Of a stretch of DNA of 64,000 nt, positions 38,085 through 48,463 are shown one piece after another. The notes under the pieces were generated by a model, which saw nothing but the letters and a program-made list of their open reading frames with translations, did not search any database and was not told where the DNA came from. Source of the stretch: Thermodesulfobacteriota bacterium (lineage in GTDB: Bacteria > Desulfobacterota_D > UBA1144 > Nemesobacterales > UBA2774). The stretch's first letter is position 1, and every line of letters starts with the position of its first letter. The translations under genes and the position numbers were made by a program. Location of the stretch: positions 2,176,001-2,240,000 of the forward strand of contig OZ244991.1 in NCBI GenBank assembly GCA_965223335.1, written 5' to 3'.

Positions 38085-38645
38085 TCAACCTAAAATTTCA
38101 TCGACTGAATAGGTAATAGACCCATCGAGTGGAAGCTGCACGGAATCACCCCGCCCAGCAGTTATTGACTGAGTGTAATTGTTGTTGGAAGGTTGTTTAT
38201 AGATTTCGATTGCTTCATCTAAAAGATTTACAATCCAAAACTCAGGTATGCGGGCTCTGGCGTATAGGGGCAGTTTAATTTCTCTGTCGTAGCCTAGCGA
38301 GCTATCGCTTACCTCTATGACTAGGTAGATATCGTCAGGGGTGGGATGGTGGTCCGAGTAGAAATTATCTTTAGGTGCGAGTAGTGCAATGTCGGGTTCG
38401 GGTTCCGACCGATCGCCGAGACGTATGGGGCTTTGCACACTCACAAGCGCACTCTGCCCGATTGTTTTACTAATTAGAGCGTTTAACCTCATCACGCACG
38501 CCGAGTGTCGGCTGCTAATTGCATGCATCTCTATTATCTCTCCTTCTATAAGCTCTACACGGTCGTTTTCCGAGAGTATGCCCGTTTCAGCCATACGATA
38601 ATATTCCTCGACATTAAACTGACGTTTTGCTATTTGTAGTGCCAT
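38085..38645 (-). CDS. Uma2 family (DUF820) endonuclease
   Basis: RVELIEGEI, EPEPDI, LVIEVSDSS, KLPLYARARIPEFWIVNL. Confidence 0.92.
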   Translation of the reverse strand: MALQIAKRQFNVEEYYRMAETGILSENDRVELIEGEIIEMHAISSRHSACVMRLNALISKTIGQSALVSVQSPIRLGDRSEPEPDIALLAPKDNFYSDHHPTPDDIYLVIEVSDSSLGYDREIKLPLYARARIPEFWIVNLLDEAIEIYKQPSNNNYTQSITAGRGDSVQLPLDGSITYSVDEILG

Positions 38646-38711
38646 ATTATGTGCCCAAAAAGTACATTTTGTTAATATATATAGGATATAACAAATGAGG
38701 TTAAATTGCTA

Positions 38712-39821
38712 TCAATTAAATACCTGTACTTCGTTGTATAGGGCGTCTCGCTCCACAGGGACAAAACCGGCGTTTTTGATCATGTTGACCATGAAGTCGC
38801 GTGTGTGTCCGAGCTCGGACGGTGCACCGGCGTCGTGGATGATCTTCTCGCGCATTATGGTGCCGTCGGCGTCGCTGCAACCATAGTGAAGCGCGATCTG
38901 GGCCATCTTTTCCCCAAGCGTGATCCAGTAGGATTTTATATGAGGGAAGTTGTCGAGATAGAGCCTGGCGAGTGCGTGTATTTTTAAATCATATGAGCCT
39001 GGGAAGAATTTTACTTGTTTTTTGAGCCCTGTGTTCTCGGGTTGGAACAATACGGGGATGAACGCAAAGAACCCGGGGGATTCGTCCTCAATGTTACGGA
39101 GCCGCTCGTAGTGGTCGACTATGTGGTGGGGCTCCTCGATATGCCCGTAGAGAACTGTGGCGTTTGTGGGTATGCCCATGCTGTGGGCCAGTTTGTGAAT
39201 CTCTTCCCAGCGGGTGGCTACGGTCTTTGGGGCGCATATCTTTTTGCGCACGTCTGGGTGGAGTATCTCGGCCCCCCCGCCCGTAAGGGCATCGACTCCT
39301 GTTTCCTTTAGTGTCTCGAGCACGCCTTCGAGTGATTTGCCGCTTATCTCTGTGAACCAGTCGATCTCGACCGCTGTAAATGCTTTTACGTGGGTCTCGG
39401 GGAAGTTGTCTTTTACGAGTTTTACAATGTCCAGGTAGTGCTGGAAGTCCCAGTCGGGGTGAAGCCCGCCCACAATGTGTACCTCGCGTATCTCGTCGTT
39501 TAGCATCCCGAGTATCTGGTCCTCGGAGAGCTCGTAGGCGTTAGCCGATTTCTTTGTGGTCCCGAAAGCACAGAACCTACACGATATCGCACATATATTA
39601 GAGGGGTTAACGTGGCGGTTAACCACAAAATAGACCTTGTCCCCCGCCCTTTGGCGCTTTACATAGTCGGCCAGCATGCCCACCGTGTTTAGGTCCTCGG
39701 TGCCCATTATCGTAAGGCCGTCCTCAAAGCTAAGGCGCTTTTGGTCGGCGACTTTTTGGATTATCGGAAATAACTTTTTGTCGTAACAAAGCTTCTCTAC
39801 AGTGTCTAATACGTTTGCCAT
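38712..39821 (-). CDS. mqnE: Aminofutalosine synthase MqnE (radical SAM)
   Basis: CAISCRFC, EVHIVGGLHP, GGGAEI, ARLYLDNFPHIKSYW. Confidence 0.92.
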   Translation of the reverse strand: MANVLDTVEKLCYDKKLFPIIQKVADQKRLSFEDGLTIMGTEDLNTVGMLADYVKRQRAGDKVYFVVNRHVNPSNICAISCRFCAFGTTKKSANAYELSEDQILGMLNDEIREVHIVGGLHPDWDFQHYLDIVKLVKDNFPETHVKAFTAVEIDWFTEISGKSLEGVLETLKETGVDALTGGGAEILHPDVRKKICAPKTVATRWEEIHKLAHSMGIPTNATVLYGHIEEPHHIVDHYERLRNIEDESPGFFAFIPVLFQPENTGLKKQVKFFPGSYDLKIHALARLYLDNFPHIKSYWITLGEKMAQIALHYGCSDADGTIMREKIIHDAGAPSELGHTRDFMVNMIKNAGFVPVERDALYNEVQVFN

Positions 39822-41572
39822 TTTTTGTCTACCAGCTCCCCAATATCCCGCGACATCTCTATCACCTTGGGATACCATTCTTTAATTGTGGCATCTATAC
39901 CCATGCGGCCTTCATACACCACGGCCGAGCCCCTTAGCTCGGTGCGCTCAAAGATTACATCAAGATAGGGATCAAATCTAGTAAATATACCCCATATACA
40001 TTCTGTATTGTCATGTATATCTATATCTTTGCTTACCACGGCTATTATTCTAAGTGCCTCGTAGCCCCGGGTCTTGAACATTTTTTGGATAAGCCCCTTG
40101 GGGTCCTTGTCGGATTTAAGCACCAGTATTCCACCTGCTAAGAGGCGCCAGTCCTCTACTTCTTTGTGCTTTGCTCTCGGGTCAGGGACGGTTTTAGGTA
40201 TGGGTATTTGCTTTCTGCCGTTACGGGGTTTGCGTACGGCGTTTATACCCATCTTGCTGCCCACGTTAAGCTTGCCGCTTGTGAAATCGAGTGTGTCGAG
40301 TGGAGCCCAGGGGATAAGCAGGAAATCCTCGCGCGGGTCAAAATTCTCGCCGATCTCTGTTAGCACTGCGTCAAAGTCGCGGGGGTCTACATCGCTTGAG
40401 ACCATGATCATCACCTTGGTAAGCAGGAGCTGTCCCGTGCCCCAAAGTGCGAGCATGGCTTTGATACCGTTTTTGGGGTAGCGCTCGTCTACCGCCACGG
40501 CCAAGAGGTTATGGAACCCGGCCTCGGGATAGGCCCACATGTCCTTTACCTCGGGGTGGATTATGCGTGTGAGGGGCGAGAACATATCGCCCGCTGCCAT
40601 ACCCAAAAACACATCTTCTTTGGGCGGTTTGCCTACAATGGTGGCTGGATATATGGGGTTTACCCTGTGTGTGACACGGCTTAGGTTAAACACGGGGAAG
40701 TCGGCCTCCATGGAGTAGTGGCCGAAATGGTCACCGAACGGCCCCTCTTCCCTGAGCACTCCCTTGGGGACCCTGCCCTCAAGAACAAACTCGGCGTTAC
40801 CGGGCACACGGACCCCGATGCTGCGCCCCTTTACCATCTCTATGGGTTTTCCCCTTAGATAACCCGCAAAGGCGATCTCGTCCATGCCTTCGGGCAGTGG
40901 TGCTATGGCGGTGAATATCATCTTGGGGTCGCCGCCCAATACTACGGCTGCATCGAGACCGTCTTGTGTCTTGCAGGCCTCGTGGTAGTGGGCCGCCCCA
41001 CCCTTGTGCGGGTGCCAATGCATCCCTGTGGTCTTGTCGTCATAGACCTGCAGTCGGTAAATGCCCATGTTACGCCGGGAAGTCACGGGGTCCTCTGTAA
41101 GCACTAGCCCAAGCGTGATAAAACGTCCCCCGTCGTCGGGCCAGCATTTTATCACCGGCAGTTTACGGAGGTCGGGGTTCTCCTCTACCTGCTGGGACAC
41201 GCCGTATTTAGCATTCTTGGTACGCATCGAAAGCATGCCGCGTGCCTTGGGAAGTACTGAAAAGAGCGATTTTAGTGTCGGGGGATTAACCTTATGGAAC
41301 AGTTCTACGAGTTCCTCGCCCACCTCGCGAGGCTTTCTGCCCAGTGCCAGCTCTACCCTTTCCTCTGTGCCGAACAGGTTTATGGCCAGTGGGTACGCAG
41401 CACCTTTAACGTTTTCGAATATTAGTGCCGGGCCTCTCTCTTTTATCACCCTGTCCGAGATCTCGGTGATCTCAAGTATGGGATCGACCTCGGTCTTGAT
41501 ACGCCGGAGGTCACCTATGGCCTCTAGGTATGCTATATAATCTTGGAGGTCGTTGAACTGTTTCTTTTTCAT
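39806..41572 (-). CDS. ubiD: UbiD-family menaquinone biosynthesis decarboxylase (MqnL-type)
   Basis: EGPFGDHFGHY, GKPPKED, DTLDF, GIDAT; in futalosine cluster. Confidence 0.92.
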   Translation of the reverse strand: MKKKQFNDLQDYIAYLEAIGDLRRIKTEVDPILEITEISDRVIKERGPALIFENVKGAAYPLAINLFGTEERVELALGRKPREVGEELVELFHKVNPPTLKSLFSVLPKARGMLSMRTKNAKYGVSQQVEENPDLRKLPVIKCWPDDGGRFITLGLVLTEDPVTSRRNMGIYRLQVYDDKTTGMHWHPHKGGAAHYHEACKTQDGLDAAVVLGGDPKMIFTAIAPLPEGMDEIAFAGYLRGKPIEMVKGRSIGVRVPGNAEFVLEGRVPKGVLREEGPFGDHFGHYSMEADFPVFNLSRVTHRVNPIYPATIVGKPPKEDVFLGMAAGDMFSPLTRIIHPEVKDMWAYPEAGFHNLLAVAVDERYPKNGIKAMLALWGTGQLLLTKVMIMVSSDVDPRDFDAVLTEIGENFDPREDFLLIPWAPLDTLDFTSGKLNVGSKMGINAVRKPRNGRKQIPIPKTVPDPRAKHKEVEDWRLLAGGILVLKSDKDPKGLIQKMFKTRGYEALRIIAVVSKDIDIHDNTECIWGIFTRFDPYLDVIFERTELRGSAVVYEGRMGIDATIKEWYPKVIEMSRDIGELVDKKWQTY

Positions 41573-41657
41573 ATTATAAATAGTGTCATGTAAGGTGGTT
41601 GCAAGTAATAGTTAATGTTGTTTGTAGGGCAAGGTCTTAGATGGTTGACTCTGTGGA

Positions 41658-42209
41658 TTACTCGAGTTCGTCGTAGCGCCAGCCCGATCCGGTCTCTATG
41701 CCGATTATATTTAGGAGTTTGTCCACGTAGCCGCCCACCAGTTCCGATACCGATTCGGCCCCCATGTAGTGCGGGGGGCTTATGGGCATGATTACGGCCC
41801 CTTCGCGCGACAGTTTTAGGGCATTTTCGAGTGCTATGGAGCTAAGCGGGGTCTCTCTGAGTGCTATGACCAGCTTCCGGCGCTCTTTTAGCGCCACCTG
41901 GGCAATACGTGTTATTAATGTATCGGCGATGCCGTTTGCGATCTTTGCCAGAGTGGATATGGAGCACGGTACGATTACAAGCGCATCGAAGTGATTAGAG
42001 CCCGAGGAGAACGGTGCGCCCAGGTCGTTGTCGTTATAGATCTCGTTTACCCAGGGTTTTAGCTCCTCTACCTTAAGCCCAAGCTCCTCGTGCAGAACCC
42101 TTTTGCCCCATTTGCTGGCTATAAGGTATTTGTCGTCGGGACAGCGTCTTAGGAAATCCACCCCGTATGCTGCGCCCGATGCACCTGTAAAACCCACAAT
42201 TGTTCGCAT
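41658..42209 (-). CDS. ubiX: Flavin prenyltransferase UbiX
   Basis: TGASGA, SSGS, PCS..TLAKIANG, LKERR..RETPL. Confidence 0.95.
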   Translation of the reverse strand: MRTIVGFTGASGAAYGVDFLRRCPDDKYLIASKWGKRVLHEELGLKVEELKPWVNEIYNDNDLGAPFSSGSNHFDALVIVPCSISTLAKIANGIADTLITRIAQVALKERRKLVIALRETPLSSIALENALKLSREGAVIMPISPPHYMGAESVSELVGGYVDKLLNIIGIETGSGWRYDELE

Positions 42210-42211
42210 GA

Positions 42212-43054
42212 CTATGGTAAGTATAGCCCAGCGAGCACAAAAAGGAAGACGGCCGCGCCCACCAGGATGTTGATCCGAAAAAACGCCAGGTCCACGTCCT
42301 CGGCCTTCTGGTGCTCGTAATAGAGGAGCACACCCACCGCTACCATTAACAGTGCTGCCGCATAGGTCTTAAACATATAGAAGTATAAAAAAGCAATGGC
42401 AAAATAGGCAAGGTAGTGAAGCAGTTGCGAGACTAACAATGCGCGGTCCCTGCCATAGACCGCCACCATGGAGTATATATCGTTCTGCCTGTCGAATTCC
42501 TCGTCGAGCGTGGCGTATATGATATCGAAACCCGAGACCCAAAAGAATGTAAATAACGAGAGTATCACGGCGGGAAATATGTTGTCTAGAGAGCAGGTTA
42601 CAGCGATCCATCCTCCTAGAGGTGCTGTAGCCAGCCCAAGCCCTACCCCAAAGTGACAAAACGGCGTGAACCGCTTCATATAGGGGTAGACAATAAATAT
42701 CACAAGCGGGATGGGCGACAAATAAAGCACTAGGGGGCAGATGAGATATGCGGCTGCGAAATAAGCAGCCAGGCCCAGTAAGAGCACCCCATAGGCGCTT
42801 GTGCCCGTGAGCTTGCCCGAGGGGAGTTCTCTTTGGCTGGTGCGGGGGTTTTTGGCGTCGATCGACCGGTCTATTATTCTATTAAGCGCTAGAGCTGCCG
42901 TGCGCGCGGCCGTGCCTGCGATAATAATAAGAATTATGAGTTTCCATGGGGGCACACCCTTTGCAGCCAGGAAAGCCCCTGCGAATATAAGCGGGAGAGA
43001 AAAGAGCGTGTGCTCGAACTTAACGAAGTTTAGATAGTGTTTTAGTTTCTCCAT
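42212..43054 (-). CDS. mqnP: UbiA-like polyprenyltransferase (MqnP-type)
   Basis: KFEHTLFSLP, NRIIDRSIDAKNPRT, GFDIIYA. Confidence 0.88.
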   Translation of the reverse strand: MEKLKHYLNFVKFEHTLFSLPLIFAGAFLAAKGVPPWKLIILIIIAGTAARTAALALNRIIDRSIDAKNPRTSQRELPSGKLTGTSAYGVLLLGLAAYFAAAYLICPLVLYLSPIPLVIFIVYPYMKRFTPFCHFGVGLGLATAPLGGWIAVTCSLDNIFPAVILSLFTFFWVSGFDIIYATLDEEFDRQNDIYSMVAVYGRDRALLVSQLLHYLAYFAIAFLYFYMFKTYAAALLMVAVGVLLYYEHQKAEDVDLAFFRINILVGAAVFLFVLAGLYLP

Positions 43055-43208
43055 CCTTACACGAACCATTTTACCTGATCCGGGACGCGCAACACTAAGC
43101 ACTCTGTTGGAACCGGCCGTGTGTTCTTAATTTCTTAGATTGTTAAATTTTCTTTACTTTTGAGTCCCCTACTATAGAATAAGCTCTAATTGATTTAGGG
43201 GTGAAATC

Positions 43209-44567
43209 ATGTCGAGACCCGACCTTGCCTACCAGCTGATAATGAGCCTTGAAGAGGGCAATAACGACGCGATAAAGGCTGCGCTAAAGGATATCCATCC
43301 CTCCGAGCTTGCAGACGTGCTCTCTACGCTTGACCCCGAGCAGCAGCCCAAGATCCTGGATATGCTCGATAACGAGACTGCGTCCGAGGTGATTTTTGAG
43401 CTCGACCCCGAGCAGCGCGAGGACATACTCGAGTCGCTAGATGAAGAAAAGATCGCCGACCTGGTAGAGGAGATGGACTCGGACGACGCCGCGGACGTGA
43501 TCGGTGAGCTGCCCGAGACCACAGCCCAGACCGTGCTCGAGAAGATGGACCCCGAAGAGGTAAAAGAGGTCGAGCCCCTGCTCAAATACCCCGACGACAC
43601 CGCCGGGGGCCTTATGCAGACCGAGCTTGTAAAGGTGGGCGAAGAGCTTAGCGTGCGCGACATCATTAATTGGATACGCCTTATAGCGGACGAGGTCGAG
43701 GACTTTCATAACATTTATGTAACGGACGATAAGGACAAGCTAAGCGGCGTGATTAGCCTGACCAAGATCGTGCTGGCCAAGCCGGGAACAAAGGCCCGTG
43801 CCATCATGGAGCCCGTAGAGGTCACCGTGACCCCGTATATCGACCAAGAGGACGTTGTGGACGTGTTTCAGAAATATGACATCGTGTCACTGCCCGTGGT
43901 GGATGCCCGTGGGGTGCTGCTGGGGCGGATCACCGCAGATGACGTGCTAGACGTAGCCGAGGAAGAGGCGGTAGAGGATATGCTGCAGATGGCCGGTGTG
44001 GGAGTCGGAGACCACCTCCACCCCATCTATACCCCCACCTTTTCGCGCGTAAAAATTCGTACCCCTTGGCTTTTGCTTACTCTTTTTGGCGAGCTATTTA
44101 TCGCATTCATAATCATCTATGCGTTTCAGCCCACTCTGGAAAAAGTAGCCATACTCGCGGCCTTTATGCCCGCCATCATGGCCACCGGAGGCAACGTCGG
44201 TATACAGACCACAACTATTGTTATACGGAGCCTCGGGATGGGGACCATAAAGGTAAAGCAGCTCGTAAAACTCATAGGCTCGGAGATGCAGGTGGGCCTG
44301 GCACTCGGGCTTATATGCGGAGCCGTAGCGGCTCTATTGGGCGGTCTTATAAGCTATAACCAGCCCGAGGTCATTAAGCTTGCGATCGCGGTATTTGTAG
44401 CGATGGTATCTGCGACCTTGGCAACCTCTTTCATAGGAGTGGCAGCCCCTATCACGCTCTATAAACTAAACTTCGACCCGGCCGCAGCATCGGGGCCTTT
44501 CCTCACAATGTTTAACGATATATTCGGCTCGGTTTTCTATCTATTTATCGCCATGCTGATTTTTTAG
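43209..44567 (+). CDS. mgtE: Magnesium transporter MgtE
   Basis: MgtE_N, TAGGLM CBS pair, GGNVGIQ, DPAAASGPF. Confidence 0.95.
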   Translation: MSRPDLAYQLIMSLEEGNNDAIKAALKDIHPSELADVLSTLDPEQQPKILDMLDNETASEVIFELDPEQREDILESLDEEKIADLVEEMDSDDAADVIGELPETTAQTVLEKMDPEEVKEVEPLLKYPDDTAGGLMQTELVKVGEELSVRDIINWIRLIADEVEDFHNIYVTDDKDKLSGVISLTKIVLAKPGTKARAIMEPVEVTVTPYIDQEDVVDVFQKYDIVSLPVVDARGVLLGRITADDVLDVAEEEAVEDMLQMAGVGVGDHLHPIYTPTFSRVKIRTPWLLLTLFGELFIAFIIIYAFQPTLEKVAILAAFMPAIMATGGNVGIQTTTIVIRSLGMGTIKVKQLVKLIGSEMQVGLALGLICGAVAALLGGLISYNQPEVIKLAIAVFVAMVSATLATSFIGVAAPITLYKLNFDPAAASGPFLTMFNDIFGSVFYLFIAMLIF

Positions 44568-44693
44568 TCGGTGCTCTTTTATAGCACGCATAGGGATATG
44601 GTTCTCTTTCTTTTATCTACGAATCTTCCATTTAAGAGTAATTTCATGCTAAACTAACATACTAGGGCAAAAATACAGGGGTAAGGGGTAGCG

Positions 44694-46415
44694 ATGTCAA
44701 AACCACGTAACAAGTTCCTTTATACAATATGTATTGCGTTTGTTTTGGGCTCGATCGCGGTGGTCGGGTGTACCAAGAGGTCCGGTACGTCTACAACAAA
44801 AGTTGTGGCAGATACCGTGTATATGAACGGCAAGATATATACAGTGAACGAGAGTGAGCCATGGGTCGAAGCAGTGGCTATAAAAGATGGGAAATTCATT
44901 GCCATAGGCAGTAACGCTGAGGTTGAAGCAGTTACAAGCACTGAGACGGTAGTAATTGACATGGCCGGGGCTTTTGCAATGCCGGGCTTGGTGGATGTGC
45001 ACACCCACCCTTCTATGTCCATGCTGTATAGGGTGTACTGCGAGTTGCCTGGGACGTTCTATCAACCGACCGAAGAGATGACTATAGAGGCGCTTAAAAA
45101 ATGTATAGAGGTTTATCCTGAGGATGAAAAGTGGTTCATTGCCGAGGGCTATTCATCGCCGGTTATGTCGGACAAGACACTGACGACTGAGTTTCTAGAC
45201 ACACTCATTAGCGACAGACCTGCGTACATAAAAGACGAATCGGGGCACTATGGATGGGCAAACACAAAGGCCTTTAAACTACTTGGGATTGATAAAAACA
45301 CACCCGACACCCCGGATGGTTATTATAGCCGTAAGCCTAATGGTGAGCCCGCGGGCCAGATATTCGAAGCTGCTATGAACCCCTTTGAAGATGCAATAAT
45401 GCCGCTATCACCCGAGACATCAAGGCTTGCGAAGACAAAGCTGTTAGATCAGGCAAGTGAAAAAGGGATTACCGCAACTGGTGATGCGTATGTGTTTGAG
45501 CATGACCTGGTTGATTGGCAGGCGCTTCATCAAAGCGGGGAGCTTGACCAGCACATAGTGCTCTTTATGAAGGGCAATCTGGGCACTGATGAGCTTACAC
45601 CCGTAACTGAGGTGCTGCGTTACTATGAGGATTACGATTTACCCGGACATCCCGGCGTAAAAGTGTCTATGGGTGGAGCCATTGAGTCGGCAACTGAGGT
45701 AATGGTGGACGGGTATAAGGACAACAAAGAGGTCCAGCCAATTATATCTATTGCCAAGTTTACAAAGTACGTGCAGGAGCTGGATGATGCCGGCATACAG
45801 TTAAAGGTACATGCAATAGGTGATGGTACTGTCCGAGCAACTTTGGACAGCTATGAACCTGTGATCAAGGCGCGCGGTACAAACGGCCTTAGACACCACA
45901 TTGACCATTGTAGTTATATACACCCCGATGATATGCCGAGATTTCAAGAGCTTGGGGTCGGATGTACGGCCTGGCCAATGCTGGGTGCGCCGATAGGTTA
46001 TATCAACAACCAAGCCAAGTACCTTAAAGAAGAAACATTCAGTAATGCGTTCCCAAATCGAGACATGCTGGATGCAGGTGTAATGCTCTCTAACCATTCC
46101 GATGCACCGCAGGCCAACCTGTGGCCGTGGTGGGGCATGGAAGCAACGATCACACGCGGATTCCCGGGGCACCCGGAGCTGGGCAAGTTGGGCCCTCACC
46201 AGGCTATCACGTTGGAGGAAACATTAAAGGTGCACACGATAAACGGTGCTTGGATACTAAGACTCGACGATCAAACAGGCTCGATAGAGGAAGGCAAGTG
46301 GGCCGATATGATAGTGCTTAACCATAATCTTTTTGATATACCCGCGACCGATATTCATAAGACCGAGGTAAAGCGCACCGTGTTTAAGGGTAATGTGGTC
46401 TATGAGGGGCAATAA
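44694..46415 (+). CDS. Amidohydrolase family 3 (YtcJ-like) lipoprotein
   Basis: VVGC lipobox, PGLVDVHTH, HAIGD, SDAP, GSIEEGKWAD. Confidence 0.9.
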   Translation: MSKPRNKFLYTICIAFVLGSIAVVGCTKRSGTSTTKVVADTVYMNGKIYTVNESEPWVEAVAIKDGKFIAIGSNAEVEAVTSTETVVIDMAGAFAMPGLVDVHTHPSMSMLYRVYCELPGTFYQPTEEMTIEALKKCIEVYPEDEKWFIAEGYSSPVMSDKTLTTEFLDTLISDRPAYIKDESGHYGWANTKAFKLLGIDKNTPDTPDGYYSRKPNGEPAGQIFEAAMNPFEDAIMPLSPETSRLAKTKLLDQASEKGITATGDAYVFEHDLVDWQALHQSGELDQHIVLFMKGNLGTDELTPVTEVLRYYEDYDLPGHPGVKVSMGGAIESATEVMVDGYKDNKEVQPIISIAKFTKYVQELDDAGIQLKVHAIGDGTVRATLDSYEPVIKARGTNGLRHHIDHCSYIHPDDMPRFQELGVGCTAWPMLGAPIGYINNQAKYLKEETFSNAFPNRDMLDAGVMLSNHSDAPQANLWPWWGMEATITRGFPGHPELGKLGPHQAITLEETLKVHTINGAWILRLDDQTGSIEEGKWADMIVLNHNLFDIPATDIHKTEVKRTVFKGNVVYEGQ

Positions 46416-46442
46416 CGATGTTATCTGCAAATACTAGCGATC

Positions 46443-46471
46443 AGTCGGGACATTGCTGTATTGTCCCGACT
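46443..46471. terminator. Hairpin after amidohydrolase (possible terminator)
   Basis: AGTCGGGACA / TGTCCCGACT; no clear T-tract. Confidence 0.4.
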
Positions 46472-46580
46472 CGCAAAACTTAGAATTTAAGTACCTCGAT
46501 CAGGTTTCTGAACTCGCCACAATTTTATTAAATCAACCATAAATTATACTTTTCGATATTTTTAGAGATAATAATTCCCT

Positions 46581-47288
46581 ATGCAAAACACCGAGGCTCT
46601 GTTGCTGCACAAGTTTCCGTTTGGTGAGGCCGACTATATCATATCGCTGCTTACAAAGGACGCTGGCAAGATAAGCGGCATAGCAAAGAACGCCAAGAAG
46701 AGCACAAAGAGGTTCGGTGCCAGGCTCGAGCCCTTTGTACATATACGCGTGCGCTACCGCGAGCGCGACGGGCACATGAAGTTTATAGAGGACACTGAGA
46801 CCGTGGGGCAGATGCCCGGGTTCTCGGAGGATATCGAGCTATTTATGTGGGGCAGTTTTTTGCTTGAGCTCACAGATATCCTCACAGCCATTGAAGAGCC
46901 CAATGAGGGGGTGTTCGAGCTATTGCTGGGTGCTCTCGGCGCCCTTAACAGTGGCGAGAGCAAATTGCCCGTGGTGCTCGACTACCTGCAGGGGGTTTTA
47001 GTGCTCGGGGGTGTGGCACCTGGGCTGGATGAGTGTGTGGAGTGCGGCAGGGAAACCGCCGATGAATGCGTTCTCAGCATAGAAAAAGGCGGGGTATTGT
47101 GCGAGACGTGCGGGGTAGCCAAAGGGGACGGGTATAAAATCAATAAAGAGTTTTTGGGTAACCGTGACCTTATGGAGATTCAACTGAAAGAGACGCTTAG
47201 GCATGTAAAGATATTGACTGAGTATGCAGAGTACCATAGCGACAAGGAGCTAAAATCAAAGGCATTTTTGGAGGATATAAACCTATGA
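46581..47288 (+). CDS. recO: DNA repair protein RecO
   Basis: GEADYII..GKISGIAKNAKKS..LEPF; C4 zinc finger. Confidence 0.92.
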   Translation: MQNTEALLLHKFPFGEADYIISLLTKDAGKISGIAKNAKKSTKRFGARLEPFVHIRVRYRERDGHMKFIEDTETVGQMPGFSEDIELFMWGSFLLELTDILTAIEEPNEGVFELLLGALGALNSGESKLPVVLDYLQGVLVLGGVAPGLDECVECGRETADECVLSIEKGGVLCETCGVAKGDGYKINKEFLGNRDLMEIQLKETLRHVKILTEYAEYHSDKELKSKAFLEDINL

Positions 47289-48463
47289 TTACAGTACCCG
47301 GATTTAGGGCTGCGGGGATATCGTCGGGGGTGAAGAAAAGGAGGGCCAAGGACCTGGCATTGATCCTGGCCGATACCAAGGTAAAGGCCGCGGGGGTTTT
47401 CACGACCAACCTGGTAAAGGCTGCACCAATATTGATAGGCAAGGAAAAGATCAAAAGCGGCTGGGTGCAGGCCGTGCTCATAAATAGCGGTATTGCCAAT
47501 GCGTTTACCGGTAGGGAGGGGATCAAAAACACGCAAAAGAGCACAAAGGCGCTTGCCAAGGCGCTGGGTATATCCGATGACCTGATTATGCCGAGTTCGA
47601 CAGGTGTGATCGGTGGCCCACTACCGGTGGATAAGATGATAAAGGCCTATCCCAAGCTCATACGCGCGCTTAAGCCCGACGGGTTCGAGGACGCTGCCGA
47701 GGGCATTATGACCACTGACGCGTACCCTAAATACGCCATGAGGCATATGAGGATGGGCAGGCGCAACTGCACCATAGCGGCCATCGGCAAGGGTGCGGGG
47801 ATGATCGAGCCCAATATGGCCACGATGCTCGCATATGTGATGACAGACCTGTGCATAACCAAATCCGCACTTAAAAAGGCTCTAAAAGAAGCTGCGAATA
47901 ACTCCTTTAACAAAATTATTGTGGATGGTGACACCTCACCCAACGACACGGTGCTATTGCTCGCAAGCGAGCAGGCCGGGAACAAATCGGTCAAAGATAC
48001 GGGCCCCGAGTACAGGAAGTTCGTAAAGACGCTCACTGAGATTATGACCGAGATAGCGCTAATGATTGTGCGCGACGGCGAGGGGGCCACAAAGGCAGTA
48101 AAGATCATCGTAAAGGGTGCCAAGACTCGCCTGCATGCTGACAAGGTAGCACGGACCATAGGCAACTCGCAGCTGGTAAAGACAGCGTTTTATGGCGAGG
48201 ACCCCAACTGGGGCAGGATCATTGCAGCCGCCGGACGAGCAGGAGTGGCATTTGACCCCGAGATTGCCGACCTGAGCATTGGGGACCAAAAGGTGCTGAG
48301 AAGGGGTAAGGACGTGATGGATGAAAAGAAGGTGGCCAAGGTTATGAAGTCGAGTGATTATTCCATCACGCTCGATCTAAAAGCCGGCAACGCGACGTCG
48401 TATGTAGTCGCAAGCGACCTTACAATGGACTATATCAAGATCAACGCCCATTATAGGACTTGA
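47285..48463 (+). CDS. argJ: Glutamate N-acetyltransferase / N-acetylglutamate synthase ArgJ
   Basis: NSGIANA, STGVIG, IMTTD, KGAGMIEPNMATML, RDGEGATK, DPNWGR. Confidence 0.97.
   Translation: MITVPGFRAAGISSGVKKRRAKDLALILADTKVKAAGVFTTNLVKAAPILIGKEKIKSGWVQAVLINSGIANAFTGREGIKNTQKSTKALAKALGISDDLIMPSSTGVIGGPLPVDKMIKAYPKLIRALKPDGFEDAAEGIMTTDAYPKYAMRHMRMGRRNCTIAAIGKGAGMIEPNMATMLAYVMTDLCITKSALKKALKEAANNSFNKIIVDGDTSPNDTVLLLASEQAGNKSVKDTGPEYRKFVKTLTEIMTEIALMIVRDGEGATKAVKIIVKGAKTRLHADKVARTIGNSQLVKTAFYGEDPNWGRIIAAAGRAGVAFDPEIADLSIGDQKVLRRGKDVMDEKKVAKVMKSSDYSITLDLKAGNATSYVVASDLTMDYIKINAHYRT

Noticed and set aside
38085..38645. Uma2 nuclease as mobiliser of the repeats
   Set aside because: Not flanked by the repeat modules; Uma2 genes are common stand-alone paralogues
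38712..43054. mqnP-ubiX-ubiD-mqnE cluster as a novel pathway
   Set aside because: Established futalosine-pathway menaquinone genes
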